DNA of 64,000 nucleotides from Camelus ferus (GCF_009834535.1 NC_045724.1:11842001-11906000); one strand, 5' to 3'. Positions 11,721-26,690 are shown, counted from the first letter of the stretch. Numbers and translations: made by a program. The notes: a model not told the origin generated them from the letters alone.

Positions 11721-11979
11721 TTCAATTCTTTATGTCATCGTTTGAAAAGTTATTCTGGGACCTTCTGAGCAGTGTGGCAGAGGGAGCTGACATGGAAGAA
11801 ACTCCATTCTGCTTCAATGTATTCCAAATGTTGGGTAAAGAATAGGAAGATAGTTTATGGCTATGTGGCTGAGCTAGGGACCAAGAGGAGGAGATCCCCA
11901 GGTGCCGGAAGTGAAGGAAAGCTCACACAGGAAGGCACTGTTGAGCATCTGCTGGAAGCTGGGAGTCACAAAGGAGCAC

Positions 11980-12534
11980 TGTTCTAGTTACTATGGCTGC
12001 GTAACAAACTTCTCCAAAACTCAGTGGTGCAAAACAACCATTGATTGTGCTCCTGGGCTCTGTGGGACAGTGCAGGAATTCGGACAGTGCACGGCAGGGA
12101 CAGCTTGGCTCTGCTTTACCATGCCTGGGGCCTCAGATAGAAGATTTGCACACTTGGGGCTGGAATCACCAGCGGGCTCATCCACTCCTATGTCTGGTGG
12201 TTGATCCTGGCTCTGGACTGAGACCTTAGCCGTAGATGTCAGATGGAACCTTTCTACAGTGGCCTCTTCCTGGCACCTAGCTCCCTCACAAAATGGTGGC
12301 TGGGTTTCTAGCGTCCGAGATGAGCCAGTGGAAATCATATCACCTTTTATGACCTAGCCTTGAAAACCACAGTGTCACTTCTGCTGCATTGTACTGACCG
12401 AGGAAATCAGTTTCAGGGAAGGGAACACCGACCTCACCTCTTGACAGAGAAGTGTCAACATCACATTGAAGGAAGAACATGCAGACATGGATATGTATTA
12501 GTGCATCCTTCTTTGGAAAACACAACCTGCCACA
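11980..12534 (-). mobile_element. MaLR solo LTR (MLT1F/G-like) with 5-bp TSD
   Basis: TG...CA termini (tgttctagttactatggctgcgtaac ... ctgccaca); flanks agcac (11975-11979) and agtac (12535-12539). Confidence 0.8.
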
Positions 12535-12797
12535 AGTACCTTGACACAGAGGTAACTAGAAAAATACCCCCCATTGGCCTGAGGTGGCTCTGAGGAAGCT
12601 TACCATCCACTTGAACTGTGGTAGGAAGGAGTCAGCTTCTAGACGTGAGAGCATCACACCTTGCGCTGGCTCAAGTCCGAGGTCTGAAGTCACATTACTG
12701 CATGGTCCAGGGACTACAGCCTAGGAAATGGGCATACTAATCCATCTGATTCCTCTGAAGCCCAGGGCCAGGCGGAGAGCAATGGGAAGTCTGTCCT

Positions 12798-12950
12798 GGG
12801 GAGGCTACAGCTCAGTGGTAGAGTGTGTGCTTAGCCTACATGAGGTCCTGGGCTCAATCCCAGTCCCTCCATTAAATACATAAAAAAACCTAATTACCTC
12901 CTCTCCTAAATAAATAAATAAATACTTTTAAAAAAAAGAAGAAGAAGAAA
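12798..12950 (+). mobile_element. Camelid SINE (Vic-1 type)
   Basis: GGGGAGGCTACAGCTCAGTGGTAGAGTGTGTGCTTAGCC...AACCTAATTACCTCC followed by an (AAAT)n/(GAA)n tail. Confidence 0.9.
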
Positions 12951-14802
12951 AAGCCTATACAGAGATGTACAGCAAGGTTTCCATAGCTCAGGGAACACTG
13001 GACTCCTGTAGACAGCAGTCTCTCTAGAGACGAGCTCACAGTCCAAGTCTACAGATCACATAAGGAAATGAACCACAAGGAGGGAGACTTGGCAGATGCA
13101 GCAAATGGGAGATTTGTGCCCCCAAACTGAAAATAATAAACATCTTGGGAAAAAGCTTTAATTTATAGTATTCAAGGAGGTGAACGGATGGAGACTGCAG
13201 GGCAAGCATGGAACAGTGTGAATGAGAACAGGAGAGCCCGGGGCTGCACATGCACCCTGAAGGAAGAGAGGGAGAGGCACTGAGTCATGCCAGGTATTGA
13301 TTCTTGGCTCGTAATCGTCATCACCGTGATTATTATGATGATAGCACAGCTGTCGTTTGTTTCCGTGTATAGAGATACCTGACTCTGCTCTGAACTGAAG
13401 ATTCTTTGAGAATTCAGACAGTGTATTAGGCATTTAGTAAGATGCTTTTCTTAAATTAGCTTTAAACTTCACCGTACCTCTGTAAGGCAGAGAGTATTAT
13501 TCCCTAGGTAGGGAGACAGAGGCATGGAAAAGTTAACAAGGAAGTAATTGGGTTTTTTTTCCATTCAGGATTGGGTGACAGGAAGAGGGCAGTAACAGTG
13601 GGCTCTGGGATGTAGAGGTGGATGCAGATATATTGGAGAAGCCATTGCTTCTACATTTCTTCATTTCTTAATTCACAGGCTGAGGGTTCTTAACTCAGAG
13701 AATGCTTAAGTAGCTCTTCCAGTGAGTTGACTGTTTAAACACAAATTGGCAAATTAACTCCTTTTGGGTAATGGGAGATACTTGTGTCCAGATGGGAACT
13801 TTGCATATAGTTTTACAAATTGCTTTTTGTAACATTTTGCATGTCTCTTATTTTTAATTTTGTTAGAGCTGAATCTTAATACTTTTTAAATTCCCTTGTC
13901 CATCTCTCTTCCCCCCTAAAAAAAGAGAATTTGATAAAATTAATAGTTTTTTGTTGTCGTTCCCTGTTATATACACATTAGAGGAAAACCATTTAACTCT
14001 CCCAAACCTCAAGTTGTTTAATTCAGAAATTAGGAGATTAGGTCTCTTACAGTTGTGTAAATCAGTGATTTCTGTTATATCAGTCCTTAATTCTCAAGTA
14101 AGAATCTCAATTCAGACAGTAATAAGATATTCTTTTTATACAGATATATAGACTTGACTGAAAAAAGAGTGATTAATAAAGTTTCAATGACTTTCACTTA
14201 CCTCCTTCCTCATTTTTAGATTTTCATTTGGGGATGTAGTCCAGAAAGTCTTCAATAAGAATGAATTTCTCCTGCAATGACTGAGGTCGTTTTTTAAAAT
14301 AGTCTTAAAATAGTTGTTTTTCGTTTCACTGAACAATTATGTTATCCATCACTAAGAAATTAAAGATCTTCTTGATACTATAGGTTCCTAATGAAAGTTC
14401 CTATATTAACCTAAACAACTTTCATTAACATACTAGTCTACATTGACAAGTCAGTCGTATATCTTACCATTCCTCCCTTGAAGGGAACATATCTTTTTTT
14501 CTGTTTTTTAAAAAATATTTAGTCTTTTTACTATGATGTACCCAGCTGTTGTTACAGTTTTTCAGGTAATGCAGGGATCTGAAACTGATAGTGTGAACTT
14601 CAGTGTGTTCTATCTCTGTTCATAGGCACCTCCTACCTTCTTAGCACTTTCAAAAATACAGATAGATTTAACTGGTATAGATAGATCTAGTTGGAGGGCA
14701 CCTTTTATTAACATTTTGTTTAAGAATTCTGCTTTTAAACCATGTACGTAAAGTTCTGAGTAGTGTTAATCTTAAAAGAAAAATCTAATAAAAGCTAAAG
14801 CT

Positions 14803-15025
14803 TTTTTAAATTGAGATATAGTCATTTTACAGTATTTTGTCCATTTCTGGGGTACAGCACAATGTTTCAGTCATACATATGCATATATTCATTTTCATAT
14901 TCTTTTTTCATTATAGGTTATTACAATATATTGAATATAATTCCTGTGCTATGTATCATAAAATCATTTATTTTATATATAGTAATTAGTATCTGCAAAT
15001 TTCAAACTCCCAATTTATCCCTGTA
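14803..15025 (-). mobile_element. 5'-truncated camelid-type L1 3' end
   Basis: tttttaaattgagatatagtcattttac...cctgtgctat...caaactcccaatttatccc; similar to the copies at 17430-17666, 39247-39365 and 62699-63056. Confidence 0.75.
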
Positions 15026-16359
15026 AAGTATCCTTTATTTTTCTTTTCCCATTAGAATTAGGTGGTGACCATGTTTTCAGGAAACATAGGATCAAAAATT
15101 TTTTTAAATTTCAGCACATTCTTTAAGTTGTACATTATTCTTGCAGCTGTAGGTTTTTCTCCCCCCTAACTTATTATGGAAAATTTCAAACATACACAAA
15201 AATGTAGCTATTATACATGATCCCTCATATATTCATTGTGTAAACTTTTTCAAAATACTCAGTTTTAAGGAAGTTTTTCTTAACCTTGTTTGACACCAGG
15301 CGTTGATTGTTAGTCCCTTGGTTGCTTCTTCTGTCCTGGTAGAGAGGCTTCTAAGAAGGAGAGGATGGTGTGCCTTGGAGCTGAAAGAAAGTTGTCTGGT
15401 CATCTTCACCTCTACAAGTGCAAGGGGAGAAAAGTTCTTAGATGGGGTCCTGGATTGTGATTTGGAGAGTCCTCTTAAGACTTTGGAAATTATAATTTAC
15501 TCCGTAGTTTAGATTTGTTGTCATTTTTATGATTGTTGTTGCCCTTATGTTTGTTTTGTTTTCTCAAGTCTTTAGCAATAAATCCTATGAAATCAAGAGA
15601 ATTCAAGAGCATCAAAGAAAGAATGAACTACTCTTCTTTCTTGTTGCTGGGAAGGAGGATCAACCGCAAGTATAGAGTGGTGGCAGCGTTGGAGAATAAC
15701 GGGGAGCAATGTGAGCCTCTTAGCGGGCTCAGAGCCAGAGGACTGGCAGCTCTGATTGGAGATGCCCACTGAGGTTGTGGCTCTCCCTTTCTCTTCCTGT
15801 CCCTGATGGGCGTTTCCTAGTGCTTTTCACCCCTGACTCTGCAGCCCGTAACTCTCTGGTTTCCACTCTTTAACTGCCAACACTGCCATTTCAAAGCAGA
15901 CCCAAGATCTCCTCCCCAAATCCAAAGACCTTTCCCCCTTTATTTTTATCCCATTTTCTCATGTCACAACGAATAATGTCTCCAGGACTTGATGCAGCTG
16001 GCTCCTTAGGCACGGCCTTCCTGGGAGACATTCACTTCTCACCACGACCCCACCTCTGAGGCTACTTTATGTCGCTCTCCATCCCTCCTCCCCCTTCATC
16101 TTTCCTCTTTTCCCTCTTCCTTGTTTTGTTCCTTTTACTCCTTCTTCCCTTTCCTCTCCCACGTTCTCATCTTTCCCCTCCTTCCTCGTCAGTGAGCCTC
16201 TAAGCGCTTGGACACACGCACACACGTGCACACACTCCAACTATATGAAACTACGTTCCTGAGCTATGTTGTCGCTCAGCTCGCAGTCCTGTTCTCCACC
16301 CCCACCCCCCTCCCGCCAGCTTTCTGCTTTGTTAGCTTCCCTAACGCCCGAGACCGGAT

Positions 16360-16567
16360 TACCCGTCTCTCCTGCGTGCCCCGTAGCACCCTGTTTCCCC
16401 ATCGTAGCACTTATTACACTACATTATTTGTTCCGCTGTCTGTGTTTCTTTGTGGACTCCGAGCTCCCCCAGGGCAGGGACTGTTTTACCAGGGTTTTCC
16501 AATGCCTTGTGCAGTCCTTGACAGAGAATCAACCTGCAGCAAATCATATTTTGTATGAATGAATGAG
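16360..16567 (+). mobile_element. L2 3' end
   Basis: gagctcccccagggcagggactg ... tgaatgaatgag terminal repeat typical of L2. Confidence 0.65.
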
Positions 16568-16945
16568 CACAGCTGAATCTGGATGTTCATAACCTTTTTT
16601 GTTGGGAAGATTGGAGAAATGAACAAATGCCCACCAAGGAGGATGGCCGTAGGCATTCAGGTAGTTGTACCTGGAGCGGTGGTTGTCTTCTCCGAGAATG
16701 GGGGCGGAGTCTTGCTCATGGTTGCACTTTCTTCAGAGGCTGGTAATGCCTTGCACATCATACACACAATATATATAATTGACTATATAGTAAATAAGCT
16801 GGATGTATGATTAGTTATTCTCCTGTGTCCATGTTTAGACTAAAAGCAATGGCTATCTTGGGGCTATGTTTATTTTCCATGGAGCATAGAAATTATCTTT
16901 TTTTCAGGCACAAATGCATTTTGTGATGGTAATAATTTCTAAACT

Positions 16946-19345
16946 TTAATTTTATTGTGGTAAAAACACGCTATGAGATTTACCCTCTTAACAGATTTTT
17001 AAGTGTACAGTAGAGTATTGTTATCTACAGGTACAATGTTGTACAGCAGATCTCTGGAATGCATTCATCTTGCATAAGTGAAACTTTATAACCTCTGATT
17101 AGCCCCTCCCCGTTTCCTCCCCCATCCCAGAGCCTGGCAACTACCATTCTACGCATCTATGAGTTTGACTATTTTAGATGCCTCATACACGTGGACTCGT
17201 GAGGCATTTGTNNNNNNNNNNNNNNNNNNNNNNNNNNNNNNNNNNNNNNNNNNNNNNNNNNNNNNNNNNNNNNNNNNNNNNNNNNNNNNNNNNNNNNNNN
17301 NNNNNNNNNNNNNNNNNNNNNNNNNNNNNNNNNNNNNNNNNNNNNNNNNNNNNNNNNNNNNNNNNNNNNNNNNNNNNNNNNNNNNNNNNNNNNATAGTGG
17401 TATAATGAACATGGGAGTGCTAGTAACTCTTTGAGATCTTTTTTTTAAATTTATTTTTTAACATTTTTTATTGATTTATAATCATTTTACAATGTTGTGT
17501 CAAATTCCATTGTAGAGCACAATTTTTCAGTTATACATGAACATACATATACTCATTGTCACATTTTTTTCTCTCTGAGCTGCCATAAGACCTTGTGTAT
17601 ATTTCCCTGTGCTATACAGTATAATCTTGTTTATCTGTTCTACAATTTTGAAATCTCATCTATCCCNNNNNNNNNNNNNNNNNNNNNNNNNNNNNNNNNN
17701 NNNNNNNNNNNNNNNNNNNNNNNNNNNNNNNNNNNNNNNNNNNNNNNNNNNNNNNNNNNNNNNNNNNNNNNNNNNNNNNNNNNNNNNNNNNNNNNNNNNN
17801 NNNNNNNNNNNGTTTGCACCAATAGTGTATATGGGTTCCAATTTCTCTATGGCTTCACCAACACAAAAATTTTTATAATAGGTATCATAGCAGGTGTGAG
17901 GTGATAGCCCGTTGTGGTTTTGATTTGTATTTCTCTGATGTTTAGTGCTGTTNNNNNNNNNNNNNNNNNNNNNNNNNNNNNNNNNNNNNNNNNNNNNNNN
18001 NNNNNNNNNNNNNNNNNNNNNNNNNNNNNNNNNNNNNNNNNNNNNNNNNNNNNNNNNNNNNNNNNNNNNNNNNNNNNNNNNNNNNNNNNNNNACAATGTG
18101 TCAATCTCTGGTTTTAGCCCATTTTTAATAGGGTTTTTTTTTTTATTGTTTTTCTTTTGTTTGTTTTTGCTGAGGAGTTCTAGGACTTCCTCTTATCAGA
18201 TAANNNNNNNNNNNNNNNNNNNNNNNNNNNNNNNNNNNNNNNNNNNNNNNNNNNNNNNNNNNNNNNNNNNNNNNNNNNNNNNNNNNNNNNNNNNNNNNNN
18301 NNNNNNNNNNNNNNNNNNNNNNNNNNNNNNNNNNNNNNNNNNNNNNNNNNNNNNNNNNNNNNNNNNNNNNNNNNNNNNNNNNNNNNNNNNNNNNNNNNNN
18401 NNNNNNNNNNNNNNNNNNNNNNNNNNNNNNNNNNNNNNNNNNNNNNNNNNNNNNNNNNNNNNNNNNNCCGTGCCTTTGGTGTCATATCCATAAAATCATT
18501 GTTAAGAAGAATATCTTGAAGATTTTCCCATTTTCTTTTTCCTTTTTTTATGTTAAATATAATAAATTCTTTTCTCTCTCAGTTTTGATATGTGACTGAC
18601 ACACAGCACTGTAAAAGTTTAAAGTGTACAGCATAATTCTTTGACTTACATACGTCATGAAATGATTATCACAGTAAGTTTAGTAAACATCCACCGTCTT
18701 ATATAAACACAAAATTAAAGAAATAGAAGAAAAAGTTTTCCTTGTAATGAAGACTCTTAGGATTTACTCTCTTAACAGCTTTCATATATAATGCATAGCA
18801 GTGTTCATTGTATTTATCATGTACATTGCATCCTTAGTACTTATCTTATAACTCGAAATTTATACCTTTTGACTGCCTTCATTCAATTTCCCCTCTCCTC
18901 AGCCTCCGCCTCTGGTAACCACAAATCTGCTCTCTCTTTCTATGCGTTTGTTTGTTTGTTTTTGATTGCTTTGGCTAGCACTGCCAGTACTATGTTACAT
19001 AGTTGTGAGAGTGGGCATCCTTGCCTTGTTGCTGATCTCAGAGGAAAGCTTTCAGTTCTTATGATTGATTACGATGTTCACTGTGGGCTTTTCATATGTA
19101 GCCTTTTTTATGTTGTGATAATTTCTGTCTAATTCTAATTTGTTGAAAGTTTATCTTTTTATCATGAAAGCATGTTGAATTTTATCAAATGCGTCTATTG
19201 AGATGATCCTGTGATTTTTAATCTTTCATTCTGTACTTATTACATCCCTAATACTTATTTATCTTATCTCTGATATATTACACTCATTAATGTTTTATAT
19301 TGAACCATCCTTGCATCCCAGAGATAAATTTCACCTTGTCATGGT
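16946..19345 (-). mobile_element. Composite L1 block: L1MA9-like element with a nested young camelid L1 3' end (~17430-17670+) and a second L1 3' end (~18560-18960); four N gaps
   Basis: L1 3' UTR motifs; ORF2-like peptide remnants (IREIQIKTTTGYHLTP in ORF 17847..18104); ORF2 RT-region remnants at 18960-19345. Confidence 0.85.
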
Positions 19346-19597
19346 GCATAATGGTAATATTTTTGAAAGACTCCTAAGCATTCCATTGTCTTGTACATAA
19401 TAACTTGCTGTTGGACTTAAAATTTTTTTAATTGCCAAATATCTATAACCTTGAAATTGAAAGAATTCATTAAAATATTAAAAAAAATTTTAAGAGTCTA
19501 CTTATTTTAGCTGTATTCTTAAAAGCCTCTTGCTTTAAAATCCCAAGAATATATATTTACAAGTTATAAGTGAACTTTTTATTTAAATCTATATTAG

Positions 19598-19897
<300 letters not shown>

Positions 19898-21405
19898 TAG
19901 AAATAGTGCCTTGAATTTACAGGTACTTTTTTAAGTAATCAAGAGAAATTGAATGATTTCTGTAATATTTATGTAAGGATAACACCTTAGGCTTGTGGAA
20001 AAGAAAAACGGAAGCAGATTAGAATTAATGTACTTACGATAATTCAGTAACTCGTAATGGGAACACATTCTAAAAAACTACTCTTGATATCAGTGTAACA
20101 CTATCTCTGTTGGATCATACTTTTTTCATAAATAGTGTTTGCTTTTATATACCTCAAGTTGTTGTTTATATTTTAAGAAACTCAAATCTTTAACAGCACC
20201 TTTCTGTTTTAATAATTCTAACCAAAACTTTAAATTTTTGAGTGAGTTATGTGGAAAGTACCTTACATCTGATAGTTGCTCAAAAGACTAATTTGAGAAC
20301 TTTTGATTTGTATACAAATGTAATAGCTTTCTCCCTTAATTTCAAATTATAATTGCATTTCTTGTTTATCCTGACTTCTGCCTTCAGCTTTATTAATGGA
20401 GAAATAATTCTTGAAAAGAGCAAAATTTAAACTCCCCAGCCACTTCATCATTCTTGGTTTCAAGTGTGTTGCTGTGTTGTTTTTTTTTTTTTTAATGTTT
20501 TCACTAGATTCTCATTAAAGGTACTCAGAAGACACCAGATTATCTGTTCTCCTACCTCTAAATGTAAAGCTAAAAGGAGACTCTCCATGATTTTTGATCA
20601 AGAGAAACTTTTTTTTCCCAAAAGAGAATAACCAAAAGTTGCAAAATAGCACCTTGAGCATTTACTATAACTCAAGTCCCATTAAATACTATTTCTATTG
20701 CTGTGCTAGACTTGCTTAGCAAAGAAAGCTTGAAAAATAATGCTCAATGTTTGAAAATCACCCAAACCTTTCATCTTGTAATCTGATTTTTCCCTTTACT
20801 GTCTTCATTTTGAAGCTAAAAAAAAAAATTGAGAACCTCTTCTACCAGTGATACAGGAAGAAGTCCCCTCTGAGTGCTTCAGATGTTGCTGTTCATAGGT
20901 TTGGTGTGGAACTTTGCAGAGAGAGAATTAAAAATCAATGCCTGAAATAGAGTTCTTTTCTCTTTCATTGCTAGTTCCGATAATCATGTATTTGTACTTC
21001 TTGATTACGCCAAAGTGGGAAGATAAAAAAAATTTAAAACAGCAGATATTGCAAGACTCCTGAAAGTGCTTTTAAACCCTATTTCATTGTGAATGTTTCC
21101 AGTGTTCTGGGAATTCTAATTAAATAAAAATGATGAAGGCAGAGGACAGTGACAACTGTGGAGGATCTGGAAGTCCTTCTTTGTTCTAACTCTTAGCCCC
21201 TTAATCAGCTCTTCCCCTACAGCCCCCATACTAGGAACTGAAAGGTCTTCTCTTGGTAAAGATGCTAGATCAATTACAGTAGCTTAATTTTTGTTCTTAA
21301 TGACTGATTTAGTATATTTATTATGCATTTTAGTATATAGTAAAAGAAGTTATATATGTTTAACCAAGAAATAATACAGATGATCATTTATGATACTGTT
21401 TTTAA

Positions 21406-21564
<159 letters not shown>

Positions 21565-22133
21565 TAAGTCCTCTCTATTTGATGCTCTTTTGTTGAATAT
21601 TGATTTGTAGTAACAGTGCTGAATATAGAGGTTTTTCTGGCTAGTGAATCTAATTCTTTCTTGCCTACTATTTTTTTGCACAAAGGATTTAGTTTTTTAG
21701 ATCTAAATTAGCAGTTTTACTCAGTTTGACCAGTAGGTGGTTTCTCAGTTTTCAAGTGACATTTCCAGAAAGGATTTAAGGACTTCGTTAAAAAAAAAAA
21801 AAAAAAAAGTCTTTATTGCCCTAAGTGTAAATAGCTCATGAGAATACTGGAATTTTCAGCAATAAAAATAAATGAAGACTCCCTGCAATATGAGCAGGTG
21901 TCTTTACCCTAAATACAGAACCTTGTGTTTCTAGTTTGACTGAAGTGGTGTGAGGGCAGAGTATGAATGAGAGGTCAGCCTAATGAAGACTTTGCTTGGC
22001 TCTCGGATGAAATGAGTTTGTCAGCCAAAAAATCCCACTGACTTTGAATACTGGCACTTAAAAACATTATGATAAACACCTTTCCTACTATAAATCAGAC
22101 TTCCTGACATATCACTGAAAGAAAACTTCCTTC

Positions 22134-22232
22134 GGGGGTGGATAGAGCTCAGTGGTAGAGTACATACTTAGCCCGCATGAGGTCCTGTGCTAAATCCCCA
22201 GGACCTCCATTAAAAATAAAAATAAAAAAAAA
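22134..22232 (+). mobile_element. Short camelid SINE with ~12-bp TSD
   Basis: tRNA-like head plus A tail; flanks aaaacttccttc (22122-22133) and aaaacttctttc (~22230-22241). Confidence 0.85.
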
Positions 22233-24577
22233 ACTTCTTTCTCCAAAAAGATCTATAAATTAGTAAGACGGTCTCATATTCCTATTTGGTTTCTGCTTTG
22301 ATTTATTTACTCATTCATCAAGTATTTATTAAATGTCTGGAACTAGTTCACTTAGCCAGCCTGAAAAAAGACAAAGGATTTATAGCAGTCTGAGTTGCAA
22401 CTCTGTTTAGCAGAGGATATATATTTTCATATTATCTTCTGCCATAATGAGCTTTAAAGTCATTTAGTTATACATAGCACACACGTATTGGAATTTCAGA
22501 ATATATTTCTTGAGTTTTCCACTAGTATTATTGGTCTTGTTAATTACTCTTGAAATAAATTTTGGTAATTTAAATAGAAAACTAGAATATGGTAAAAATG
22601 AAAAGTTGTGTATAATTTATATCTAAATCATGAAAGTAAGTAAGAATGCAGAAACTTGGGGGAAAAAGATAAACAATTATTGGATAATTTGCCCATCCTA
22701 ACATATCCATTTTTATTGTTGAGTGTTCTCTTCTGTCCTCCTTCATTTTCATGGAACTTTAAATTGTGATTTGGGTGTACTTAAAATTTTTTTATTCTGC
22801 CCTTTTTTTACTTAATATTACATGTATACATTTTTTTTTCATGTCACTGCACAATCTTCAGACTGACTTTGCTGGCCATGTATGATTTTACTGGTGGATC
22901 CATAGTTTATTTAACTGGTTTTGCCAATAACACCATAATGAACAACTGTATACGTAAAGCCTTTCCCATCGTTTTTTAATAATATCCAAGGACAGATTGT
23001 CAAGCTATAAAAATATAAAAAGCAAAATTACTCTTTCTGAAGTGAGAGTATAATGAAATAGGCAGAACCAGAGATGGAAGAAGAGAGAGAGATTTGCCAT
23101 TAGGGTTGATGGTAGCAGTTAAACAGAAGGGAAAGCAGGGATGGAGAAAGGAGAGAGACCGTCAGAAACATGAATATGAAACCTGCTAAGGACAGTGAGT
23201 TTCCATCATTACTGAGACACCTATGTCCCTGACACTCAGCTCACTCTTGTCTTTCTCACCAGAAGTCCCAGTGCCCTTTGAGAAGGGTGGGGGTGAAAGT
23301 GTATAGGGCTGCCTATGGACATGGACTTGTCTCAGTAGAGACCAGCCTTGTCTCCCTTCTTGCAGTGCATGTGATCATCTCGAGACTGAGACTTGGAAAG
23401 TACCCCCTGAATCAGCCCATTCTGCCTCTAAGTTTTAAGTCTTCATTTTGCTTCCTGCTGTTTTTACTCTATTTCAGTTTTTTTTTTTTTTTCATTTGCA
23501 ACTTGGCTATTTGTGAAATGATTCCTCAACATTTTCCATTGACTTGAGAGTGAATTTACTGAAGTCAATGAAGGGTAATTTGAATACATTATATTCATGT
23601 TACAACAAGTGTTCTTGAGGTACAAAGGGGAAGATGGGTGGCCAAGTGCCACGATGTCTATGGAGTGCTTGGCAGACGTACACATCAGCTCTTTTCCCTG
23701 TCCCTGAAATGAGTGTCTTTATTTTAGCCATTCTAGTGAGAACATGTCGAGTTGCCTGCAAGTGTTTTATTCTCCTCTGCATATTGCCCAGCGCCCTGTG
23801 AAAGAACAGTCTTGGCAAAGCAGGGAAGTACCAACTCTTACTGTCTTGTATACAACCCCTTGTCCTCTTTTTCTTTTTTTATCTCCATATGTGGATATGT
23901 GATTTTAAAACTCTGATAAAAGTTTAATGTGTTTTTAAATTTCTTTAGTGATAAAATTTTCCAGTGACTCTCAAGGCATCCTTTGGTAATAAAACTGCAA
24001 GTAGTCCTCAAGGGGAAGTGCATTTAAAAGTTATAGCTGAGCTCTGAAGTTTAATATAGTTGCAAGAAATCTGGAATTCTTCTGGGTTATCTCACCCCAC
24101 AGCAGACTCAATCGTGACATGTTTCTTCTAAGAACCTCCTCACTATCTAGGTCCATTCCAGTAGGAATGAAAGTTAATTATGACAAAACTCAGACTGTGG
24201 TGATTAATAGGTAAAAAGAGCACAGATAAGTGATAGTTGGTATCTGGCATCTCAAGATAATTTAATTTAATCTTGATTCCTTTCCTTTAGCATTCCCCGA
24301 ATCATAATTAGTGATAAGATAAAGGCGGAAAAAGTTAGACATAACACTCATCTGCTGCTAAAATTTATTAGCAGAAACTGAGATACTGAGTTGGGTCATA
24401 TCTGCTTCTGATTGGATTATTTATGATGGATGGATTAATGTTTATTTAATTTCCATTTGATGTCCCTCCACAAGTGAATTTCACTGAAAGTGTGCTTCTT
24501 GTCTCTTACTGTATGTTAAAAAATTAATGTACCCTGGATTTATATAAAAATGATTTTATGATAATGTATCATTTTAG

Positions 24578-24633
24578 GATAAAGAAGACAAAGGCAGCAT
24601 GTACTGTGGTACCACTTAAGGAGAAACCAAAAG
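24578..24633 (+). CDS. C8orf89: C8orf89 coding exon 3 (RIKKTKAACTVVPLKEKPK)
   Basis: attttag|G ... AAA G|gtaggc; 56 nt; phase 2 in and phase 1 out fit the flanking exons. Confidence 0.82.
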
Positions 24634-25959
24634 GTAGGCTGGGGCATCTTTTTCTCCTACCACATGTCTTAGTAAAAGTGTGGAGTACTTACCGTTCTTT
24701 CCATTGACATAATTATCTCTGTTTTGTTGATGCTTCTTTTAAGCTTTGTTCATTTGATAAACTTAGTGGATGTTGTGTTCAAAATATACATACACAATCA
24801 TCTCATGTTGGAGGATGGAGGGAAGGTAAAGTGCCCACTGAACTGAGAAGGTATCTTGAGACCGAAAACCGAGGCAGGCAGCTCCATGTATCAATGGATC
24901 AGTTTATTATATGGTAACTTACTCTCAGGGTGGGATGGTGTGGACAATGATCTGGAAGCATTTGTAGCTGCATTCCACACACCGAGGGTCCGCTGGGACT
25001 TTATAGTTAACATAGGTATGGGGGTATGTGCTTAGAAACAGGAAGTGCATTCCTAAATCAAGATTTATGAATGGGTAACCAGTCTCATGGGCACCAGGAA
25101 GGTCTTCATCATTATTTGGAGGCCAACAGAGCATAGTGTCCACCTGGTCCCAAGGATTATTAAACAATATCTATTAACTCCGAAGCCCTTGATGACAGAG
25201 AAGTGATTTACCACACAGTACAGTCCTGGGTAGGGTCAGTGGAAGGACAGGAGAAACTGTGTGGACCCAAGATGGCGTCAGCCATGCTAACAGCCATGCC
25301 TCCCAGGGCCCTGGATAGGCCTCCATCATCTCTCACGTGGGCCTCTGCAGAGCCTGGAAAATGGTCTTGCTTCGAATTTCTGACCTTGGAAATCCTTCAG
25401 CACTACAATATAAGCCTAAAATCATGGCCCTTAATCATATTACTCCCTTCTTCAAAAACAACGACTCCTTGTTACCCACAGACTCAAGTATGAACTCCTT
25501 AGCTTGGCCCTGAACTCTTTACCATCTTCCCCTGACTTTGCTTTCTAGTCTTATCTTCTAATTAAGTCTTTCATGAACCTGTGTGCAGATAATATTCAAC
25601 TACAAAAACCTATCTATATGCCAACAGTTTGGGTTCCAAAAAACTACTCCATGGTGACTAAGAGGGTTTATAGCACCAAGGAGCATTTTCCACTTATTTA
25701 GAGTATGAGTTTGAGATGATCACGTGATTTTCTGTTTAATTTTTTAATGTGAAGAATAACATTTGTAGATTTTGTAATGTTAAGCCACTCAACATTCTCT
25801 GAATACTCTCATTTAAGGAATGATGTATTATGTTTTTTGTGCACTGCCGTATTTAATTTGCTAGCATTTTATTATTGTTTCTTTTTAACTGTGTTAATGA
25901 GTGAGATTACCACTAATTTTCCTCTTTGTCCTTTCTTTGTCTGGATTCTCTGTAATGGA

Positions 25960-26690
25960 TTGGATTGTAATGGTCTCATGGCATGAATTGGGGAGTATTC
26001 TGCTTTTTCTATTCTCTGAAGTATATGATCTAAAATTGGGATGACCTCTGATAGAATTCATTTGTAAAATCATTTAGCTTACTTGTTTTCTTTGGAGAAA
26101 TCTTTTAGTATTAATTCAGGCATTTTAATTTTAGGACTCCTGAGGCATGCTAATTCTTCAATCAATTTTGGTAAGTTACATTTCTAGAATTTTTTGCATT
26201 TTGTCTACATTTTCAAATGTATTGGCATAAATTTTAGTCTTTGCCCTCTCTGTACTTCTAATATTACTTATTTGGGCCTTCATCTTTTTTCCTTAATTAT
26301 CTAACCAATGGCTTTCCTTTTTTATTAGCCTTTTATTGAAGAATTCATTTTTTAAGAAATCTTTCTTATTGTAAGTTTGTTTCCTATTTCATTGATTTCT
26401 CCTCTTTTCTGTATTATCTTCTTTCCTTCATGTTCTTTGGGCTTATTCTTTTCCTAATGTATATCTTATTCCTAGCTTATTAATTTTTAGTCTTCTTTTC
26501 TAACACAGGAATTTTAGGGTATAAACCTCTCTATGTACAACTCTTGCTGCATTGCACAAGTTTTATAATATTTTCTTGATCGTTTAGTTACAAGTATTTT
26601 TAATGTTTATTTCAATTTCTTTTTTGATGGATGAATAATTCAGAATGTGTGTATATATTTCTAAATAGTTGAGAATTTAAAAATTTATCT
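25960..26690 (-). mobile_element. Old L1 ORF2 fragment (L1M/L1ME-like)
   Basis: Degraded T-rich antisense L1 ORF2 motifs (gaattggggagtattc..., tagaattcatttgtaaaatc). Confidence 0.55.

Noticed and set aside
15569-15669. Possible cassette exon (FSNKSYEIKRIQEHQRKNELLFFLVAGKEDQPQ) between the CpG island and C8orf89
   Set aside because: Weak donor (CAA|gtatag), and its phases do not keep frame with the 19693 acceptor.
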